A stretch of 64,000 nucleotides of DNA from Phoronis australis (lineage: Eukaryota; Animalia; Phoronida). Within the stretch, counting starts at the first letter, position 1. Each line of letters begins with the position of its first letter. Location of the stretch: contig NMRA01000143.1 in assembly GCA_002633005.1 (NCBI GenBank), positions 253,402-317,401 of the forward strand, in the 5' to 3' direction. Below, in pieces: positions 55,591 to 64,000 of the stretch. Position numbers and translations under genes: made by a program. The notes beneath the pieces are model-generated. The model did no database searches. It was not told where the DNA came from and saw only the letters and a program-made list of their open reading frames with translations.

Positions 55591-58500
55591 ATGGATAGTA
55601 TGGAAGATAGCGGCATCGAAAGTGATCCAAAGCCGTTACAAGACAATACTGAAGATTCTAAGGTACAATAACTTCGACTGAACGAAGTAACTTGGCTTAA
55701 ACTGACCAAAACCTAACTTACTTCCCAGTTTCTCAGACTCAGTCTCACTCCCACTTAGTCGGTAAACCAACCCTTAAGCATAAGTAAGGTTGGAAGGACG
55801 TACATCGAAAGTGTAGTATTAAGTCATAAATATCACACTCGTGCATTATGATGCACGTTTCAAAATTGCGATCACGTCAACAGATTTATTTGCAGAAATA
55901 ATACGACAAGTACGAAGTAGTTAAGCACAGGTAGGCTACAGCGCAGTGGTTGTAATCTCCCAAACGATCTCACATCATAAAGTCAAAAATCCAGCAAATG
56001 ATGTCTGCACATGCCACAAGCATATTGGCATATTGTTTAGAAATCGATGTAGGTAATTGTTTACAATATGACGACATTGACTTACACATATGATTTCGGT
56101 ATTGTTCAATTCCTTGCAACGCTATCTTTCTAAAAATACAACGAATCTCTTCCTACCCCGCTCCCTTAGTATTTTATCGTGAAATTTCTGCTCGCACTAT
56201 TTCCCGGTACTCTGTAGTAACACCGCCATGTTGGAATGGAAGGAGTCATCTGGCGGTCAAAAACTGAACTAATCTACCGACTTCTGCAGATTGTCGCTTT
56301 TCATAGGTTCAAATTGACCGAGACCCGTCTACCCCCTGCCTGAGTTACGGTCCCAAGGGTTCGAATTCGATCCTATGGTGACCCTGGTACGCATCTGCTA
56401 GCAAGAATCCACGAAAAAGCGGAGGTTGTTTTTGAGGTCCAACATGGTGAAAAGGGTTTCACTTCAAACAATTTTCGTGGAAAAATGGTCAAATGATCAA
56501 AATTATAAAAAATTTGGAATAGGTGAAATGCCGCTACTTGTTTCTCCATATTATGTCGGGGAAAACTTTAGCGGGAATCTCGCGCGGGCAAACACCATTC
56601 AGAATTGATGATGCTGTATCATTCATTAACAACAGGTGTCGCTGTAATCTTGAGTTGAGCTAACGTGGCGGTGTCAATCGGGAAATAGTGCGAACCGAAA
56701 TTCGACGATAAAATACGGACGAAACGCGGTAGGGGATACATTCATATATTTTTGAAAAGATAACGATGAAAGGAATCGAACGATACCAAAATCATATGTG
56801 TAAGTCAATGTCATCATATTGTAAATAATTACCTCGATGTATAACACAACATTCGACTGAAGGTTATATTGCATTTCATCCAACCTCTCGATGTTACCTC
56901 TTTTATTGTTTAGTTGTACTCACAAAAGTGTGGAAATGCTCTCGATCCCTGTAGTTTCTTGTACATCTGTTGTTTACGTAGTTCACTTAACTAAGTCAGG
57001 CAGAAATTCCACCAAACTTCTTTTGGTGATTCAGGTATTAACCATGCTTTGGAAATTGGTGTAGCTAAACCAAGAAGAATACTTGATGATTGACATAGCG
57101 GTATTTATTACTGCAAAAGTTTTCTTAGTATTAGAAAGTTATCTATAGAGTGAATCAGAAGTGACCAGATGGGAACCAGAGGTAACATATTGATTGTGTG
57201 CATACCTAGCCCTCAATAGTCCAGAGGCCTGCTGGGCATTCGAATCGCGAAATGATGTTGCTCTGCCCAGAATTATGTCATGTTTTTGAATTGGCACCTC
57301 AGACAAATTTACTGCTTAACATTAATCAAAAATTGTTCGTTGTACAGATGTTGCCTGCTATTCATATAATCCTATAGAATTCCTATCTTTACTAAGAAAA
57401 TGCACTTTTTGTCTGCCGAAAGATTCCACACAAGGCAGATGAAATCAATCGTGACCCACGCATCTTACAATGACCTAAATTCTAAAAGCATTTCAAGGTC
57501 TCTGGGCTCACACTGTGGGTGAGGGTGGGCGTGGTGTACAGACAGATACTCTTTGACCTTAGCTGAGTGACGTGGTGGGGAGACTCCCTTGGAAGGACAC
57601 AATGGTGACTGCTGTGCAGGTGGATCCAATATCATGTAATGTGTGTGTGTGATACCAAACATGGGAGTTTCATGACATGTTAGTGTCTTAGAAGTCATGA
57701 TGAGGTTGGTGGCAACTGGAAAAGTAAAAGTGTACCATCCAGAGTTGTTCTGACCTATGTCAACACTGTTGATCCTTGTCTTGCAGATAGTTCAAAGTTT
57801 TTGAAAAGATTTTGTTCTTTAATCATGACTTATGACTTACATTCCAGACAGAAAACCATGTAGGCAATAAAGCGGATGTACTTAATATTGTCAACAAGAA
57901 GACTGATCTGCAGTGCAAGCTAGGTTTGTATCTAATTTGTAAATTTGGAGATTCTTATATTTAATAGTGTGTTGATCGAGTTATTGCTGAGAAAAAAGCT
58001 CGATGGGAAGGAGTTAGGAATAGTAATAGCTTAGAATATTGGAATTTACACCACGTCGTCTTGAGACACCCGTGCAACAACCGTGCCATGTGTACGTGTA
58101 ATAACCTAGAAGTTTATTGTACGCTCATGTGACGTGGTTATTGCACAGGAGTTGGCAAAGAAATGCAGATTAAAACTTTTGGCAAGGAAATGTAGATTAA
58201 AACATTGGCAAAAAATGTGGATCAAAACTTTGGCAAACAATTTAAAACTTCAAGATGCAGCATAAATCCTTCAGCTTGGTGAACATTTTTACTCGCCGTG
58301 GCAATCTTGGCTAGTAATAGCATTCACCCATATAAAACACGTTTAGTTTAAGTTTTATTTATTTGTCTAGAAATTGAACTGATAAAAAAGGAATGAAGGT
58401 AATGGTAATGATGTTATATCAGTGTTTGTTGAACTTTTTCCGTTCCAGAAAAGCAGAGAGATCAGACTCGACGAACACAAGGAGAGCCAATTTTCATGCA

Positions 58501-61051
58501 GCCAAAGCGAACACCATTCTTGTCACGCAACAAGTAGGTCTGAATGAACAAATGAGCTAAGAGTTGATTCGCTTTTTGTGACACATGGGGTGATGAGGTA
58601 AAGAGATGATTTTTCTTATTGATTTGTAAATGGTGAATACAGGCGAAGAAATTGATCCCTTACCAGAGGCTGTATACCTCGTGCCACAAAATGGAACTCT
58701 TACCACTTTGTCCATCCACAAAACACCTGCCACAGGATCTGAACTACCTGTATCGCATACAAATAGGGCTGTGTGTGGTCTGGTCACTAGAGGTCACTTG
58801 TGGTCTGTTGTTCTATGGACTTAGACAATCGAAGGTAATATTATTTAAAGAGTTATGCAGCGGTCATTAGGTCAAGCCAAAATCACAAACTACAAACTTA
58901 AATTAGTGAAGTTAGCAGTGATGATTCTCTATTTGATATATGGTTCTATTATATGTAATAAGGCATTTCAACTCATAAAAAAGGAAAGCAGTGTTTCACC
59001 CTAAAAACTTGAACCAAAATAACGGTTTTCAAAGATGGCGCAGCATGGTGCATCAACAGATCTTGTACACCACATTTGGGCGAGACAGTATGACACATCT
59101 GTGTAGTCACAGGGCTTGAGATTAACAACATGCCATTCTGTGAAGTTTTGTCGTGTTGCGATTCACATATCACTGGTTGCAGATTTGTCATGTTTTGATT
59201 GATGTGATGACACCACAGGCCAGGTGATATGAAATAAACGCCTTGGTTCTGTATCACATATATACATTTACTGAAAAACAAAAGTACAATCAACGAGTAA
59301 AAATCTACTAAACTGACACTGCATCACCTGGTAACAATTCCACACTTTTCTAGCTAAACAGCAAAACCCACAAACAGTAACTTCACTGGCAGTACACTAA
59401 ACAGAATAAACTTCTCACTGTCCAATGTCTAAATTAACTCCATAGAATGTGAAGCCCTGTGGCTGCCCAAACCTGACATCCATATCATAAGACTTTCAGA
59501 AAACTAATGGTTGCTGGTGAAAAGCACACCCATGCTCAATCTGAATTGAAGTCAATAACATTGGGTCAAAGATAATACCTCAATGGAAATATAGGGGCAC
59601 ATAACAACTTACAAGACACACTACAAGTAGATGAGATGACACCTGGTGGCTACACTGCAAACTACGTCAACAAAACAAAACCTAGCTAGGTGAACTAACG
59701 ATTCACCTAACACAGGCTGCACATTCTCTCATGATGTGTTTCACATGACACAAGTTCCACATTCTGTTATGCTGTGATTCACTCAACACAGGTTGCACCC
59801 TTTGGTCACTTGCACTTTAAGTGTCCGCTGTCCGTCACAAAAACATTTGATTTAAACCACTTATCTTTATGAAATTGGCCTCAAATTGTTCTCAAATTGT
59901 TCCTTAGTCAAATTGGAGGTGATATCAGGGCTTTGAAAGAACTGAGACCAACCTCTATCAATTGTCTTGTTACAGCGTATCATTTGTTGGGCCGACCTAT
60001 TGCAAGCTCTGCCCCCAATTGTCTTGTCACAGCGTAACATTTTAAGGGGCCGACCATTTTGTCGAGGAATAGTGAATTGTCCTTTTTGCAAACCCATCTG
60101 AGAAAGGAAAACATAGAGAAAAATTTCATTCCGGTAATTTTCCTAAATCAAAAGTTAATTTCTTGGAAAGGCTGGAGGTTTATAGTCATTTAAACATTTT
60201 CATTGTAAAAATGTGTCAAAGCTTGGTACTTATTAAATGTTGCCTTTGTTAAAGGTTGGTACTTATTAAATAATGTTCTTTGATTATCATATGCTGATTG
60301 TGTGGGTTCAGCTTGCTTTGTGGAGTTTCAGTTCTTCATCATTGTTAAGTTCCAGCCAAACCTCAGGAAGGGGCGGTTCCACTCCAAACTGGGATGCATG
60401 TTGCACACAGAGTGTTGGGAGCAGCAGTTGGTCGAGATGTCATGCCTGTATATCTGATAGCTTTATCACGAGACGTATCTTTCAGGTTAGCCGTGCCTGA
60501 GAAACATGGCAGGTCACACTTGCAGGGGAACCCAGAAGAGTCGGAACACTTACTTGTACACATCCCAACAGATGACAGGTATGTACACATCCCAGCAGAT
60601 GAAAGGCCTTAAAACTCGCAGACACACTGCTGCGGGTTATACAAAATTTGTTTTTGCGTAAATTATGGCGTAGTCTGGAATTTAAATAAAATGCAGTCAC
60701 ATGGTAACAGACGTCTAAGTATTTTTTGTGTACATATTATAGGATTCTGTATTCATCAAAAACTTTAAAAATATTAATTTTTGTGAGTGTAAATTTAATG
60801 ATTAAAAGTTATTTAAGAAATTTGATTCTCACTATTTTTTCTATGATTGCTTCTTATGATTTTTCAGTGAAGACGAATTTGAACTGCCTTTGTCAATGAC
60901 TACAAATCGTGAAATTACGGAACAGTTGATAAAAGATGGCTATAACTTAGACTTAGCACCGGATGATGAGGATCTTGACCTAATTCCTCCTCGTCCAATC
61001 AATGATCAGTGTGCCTGTTGCCAAGTTCAAAGTTCATGTAGTATACAGTAG
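55591..61051 (+). CDS. FAM219: FAM219 family protein
   Basis: GT-AG exons 55591-55662, 57848-57923, 58449-58533, 60486-60578 and 60868-61051 splice in frame. Product: ...LQCKLEKQRD...QPKR...LAVP...EQLIKDGYNLDLAPDDEDLDLIPP...CACCQ...CSIQ*, matching the FAM219A/B signature QLLKDGYxLDExPDDEDLDLIPP and the C-terminal Cys-rich CaaX end. Confidence 0.9.
59958..60058. repeat. Imperfect tandem duplication, unit about 57 bp
   Basis: CAATTGTCTTGT.ACAGCGTA.CATTT....GGGCCGACC occurs twice. Confidence 0.7.
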
Positions 61052-62519
61052 TGACATCTTACTGCCAATGTTGACAATGTAAAAAGACGATAGTTTTCAG
61101 AAATGTTACAGTATGCGTATTTGTTGAAATTGAAATACGATATAACTATGATTTTTATTTTGACTTTTGAACCATTCACACTCGTCGACCTTTCCTTAAG
61201 CCTTGCAAGTTCAATTCAAAATCCGAACACTGCCCAGAAAGATGTGCTTTGAACCTTTAAAAGTGTGAATATTAAGAATGACCAGTTAAAACGCCAAGTT
61301 TGGAAGTGTTATAGTGGTGGAGAAGTGTGTAGATTACTGAAGCAATTCAGTGGCTGGCTTCATAAATTCAATAGCCAGATTCTGTGAACACTATGACTTG
61401 GAGACCATTATGTTGAGCAATTGTCTTGCAAGTTTGGCAAAATCTCGCAGAATCAAGCAAGCAAGTGAAGGATGAGTGTTATACAAGTTGGATATCCTAC
61501 TAGCTTTTGTCTAGAAAAAAAACAGATGTCACTGGCAGGAATGTTGAATTATGGGAACAAATTTCCTGCTTCTCTTCAGTTGGCCTAAAGTTTACTACGC
61601 AAGTCGCTTGGGAGTATCTTATGTTACTGAAAGGTCCCCTGCTGTTATGCACAATTGATTGGTCAAGCTTTTAGTGAAGTTTGTCCCTAGATAGTTCCTC
61701 ATAATGTTAAAGTCCCATAATATTTCTCAACGTCATATTGCCAAACTCACACAAAATTATCCAAGGACTCTGAACAAATTACAGATCATTTTAGCTACTG
61801 TACCTGGAGGCAATTGCTTGGGGGCTTAGTGGTTTTGTTGCTAATTGTGAATGGTTCTCTGGTATCACTGTTGCTAATTGTGACTGGTTCGCTGGTATCA
61901 ACGGTTCTTTTTGTACTTAGGAATTTACATCAACAGTTTTGCTGGGCAGTTGTATAATGCTGTGAATAGAAACGCCCAATTTTGGTGTTAGGTTATTGGG
62001 GGTTTATTGTTATTTAATTGTAAATAGGTGATAATTGTCTTGCAGTTTCAATTTTTATTTTTTTGAAATTTATTTCTGTCTTAATTCCCATTCTCCAGTT
62101 GGTTTTATTTCCATTTGTTCTTATTATTTTTGTATAGTTTCAATAGAAATAATGTCTTTGCAATGTATCGACTGATTTGGATATTTATGAAGCATCTGCA
62201 TAGATAATGAAGAATTTCAAGACCGTGTCCAATAAAATGTGAAACGGTTAATATGTTAACGTGCTAATACGCAAAATTTCAGAATTTTGTTCTGAATATT
62301 TGAATTGATGTGATTCACAAAAACATGAAAGCTCAAGCTGTTTTTCTGACAAAGCAAGTGATATTGTTTTGATATAATTTGTAAATATAGTGCAATAAAT
62401 TTGTTAGCTTTTCAGTCAGTATACATTGAGGACTGTGTGGTTTGTGGAAGCTGCAGTTTAGCCTGTTTAGCTGGCTAAAAAAAGGAAAATGCAATGAAGT
62501 CTTTTATTCTCATAAAATT

Positions 62520-62790
62520 GGGCACACAATATTCTTTGTTGTGATAGGATTCTGTTTCTGTTATCAAGTCAAGTCGGAGGCAATGCGTACATGTGCCATT
62601 TTTGAATTTACAAATTTTAGGATTTTCTAACCCCAATAGAATCTGAAGAGTATTTTTGAGTCACTGGTGTTTACAGTGTTCTTTTTGGTATATTCTGTCA
62701 CATAAATGGATATTATGAGACCAATTTTATGAGAGTAAAGGGCATGATTCGATTTTTGATTTTTAAGCCTCTGAATAGTGCAAAATGCAG
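62520..62790 (+). repeat. Dispersed repeat, similar to about 17330-17620
   Basis: Shared core AGGCAATGCGTACATG.GCCATTTT and flanks. Boundaries approximate. Confidence 0.6.
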
Positions 62791-64000
62791 CCTTAAATAT
62801 CTCGACATCTTTGTCTAGATACCGTGGTGATGATGTGGCAAAGCTTGGATGTCTCGTTTGTTTATGACAGTTTGCAGAGAGGCAGTATCCAACCTAGCAA
62901 TGGGTGAGGCAGTACGCTCTGATACAAACTGTTTGCACATTATACTCTTCTATTTTCACCAGTAAACTGTAATAACCATCACCTATATAACATGACTCTA
63001 CTTGAGGGTCAGTCTGTATTTTTTGTAAAGGGTATAGCTTGTGGTTCTTGGCAGTATCGAAACTCTAACGTAAGGTAGCCACTCAAAAAAATTACTATAT
63101 TGTTGTTTTCATAGTGCACGTGACCATCCTTTCTGCCAGGAGTCTCATTTTGTGACTAAGGTAAAGTCTTCCTTATGTCATTCAAAAACCAGCCGTTCAT
63201 TACAGGATTTATTTGCATTCTCCGTACCTTCAAGGCTTGAAAATCGCCACATTCAACTTTTGAAATATGGATTTTGAGCATTTATTTGTCTTCAAAATAT
63301 CAACTGAAAATTACCGAAATTGATTGCGGTGTATATGATTTAAAGGCTTCTAGCATTGTTCTGGAGGTGCCCAAGTTTTTGAAACATTGTCTCATGGTAT
63401 GACATTGAGCTTTTAAGTGAAGACATCTGTATGGTGCTTCTTATCCTTATGAAAAACTTCACTTGTCTGCCATGTTATGAGTTGTGTTGCTTGTGAGTTC
63501 ATGACTCATCTTTAGCAATCATCACTCTGTGAGCCAATACTTTGTGTCTGTTGGTTGTATAGTTTCAATAGTCTTCCAATGGTTTTCATAGCAGTGCTCA
63601 ATCAGCAAAAAATGATTGTTTGAATCTCTGCCTTGTAAAAAAATGTGATTAGATTTTGTGGATGTTATCTGCATTGATAAGTGCTGTCTTTAGCTGTGCA
63701 TGATCTGTTTCTATGAAATATAAACTGTTATGAACCTATTTCCAAATAGTCTGATGTAGGGATTCAGTTGTAATACTTCAGGCGCTGGTAGCGCCGTCTT
63801 TAGGTACCACTGTGAACCTACGAAATCTGAGTCTTGTAAAGTTACTGTAGCTAAATTGGTTGATGCAAATTTGATTTATTCATGTTTCAAACTGGAGATT
63901 TCAACTTTTGCTTTGTCACTGTGACAATGACAGATGTGTAATTTAGGCATGGAATTTGAATAAAATGAAGAGGTTCACCGTGAACTCCGCATTTTGTGGG

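Overview
This is eukaryotic genomic DNA, AT-rich with GT-AG introns, most likely from an invertebrate bilaterian; the taxon cannot be fixed from the sequence. By reading splice sites and translating, I reconstruct eight protein-coding loci. In order: the 3' exons of LDHD (+), with an intronic tRNA-Ser(AGA); a single-coding-exon class A GPCR with atypical TM2/TM7 motifs (-); an orphan acidic repeat protein ORF split by one in-frame TAG (-); an intronless Mab-21/cGAS-fold gene most resembling MiD51/MIEF1 (+); PMF1/Nnf1 (-, 5 exons) head-to-head with FKRP (+); and DNAI1 (-, 17 exons) head-to-head with FAM219 (+, 5 exons), ATGs about 210 bp apart, the same arrangement I recall for human 9p13. Non-coding DNA holds several MITE families, including a CAGGG-terminal element with 6-bp target-site duplications nested twice in older TIR elements, plus a LINE 3' fragment, minisatellites and a 135-nt assembly gap. 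Best candidates for something new: the Mab-21/cGLR-MiD51-like protein with a non-standard catalytic triad, the stop-interrupted orphan ORF, and the apparently ancient DNAI1-FAM219 bidirectional promoter. Family assignments come from recalled motifs, not database searches.
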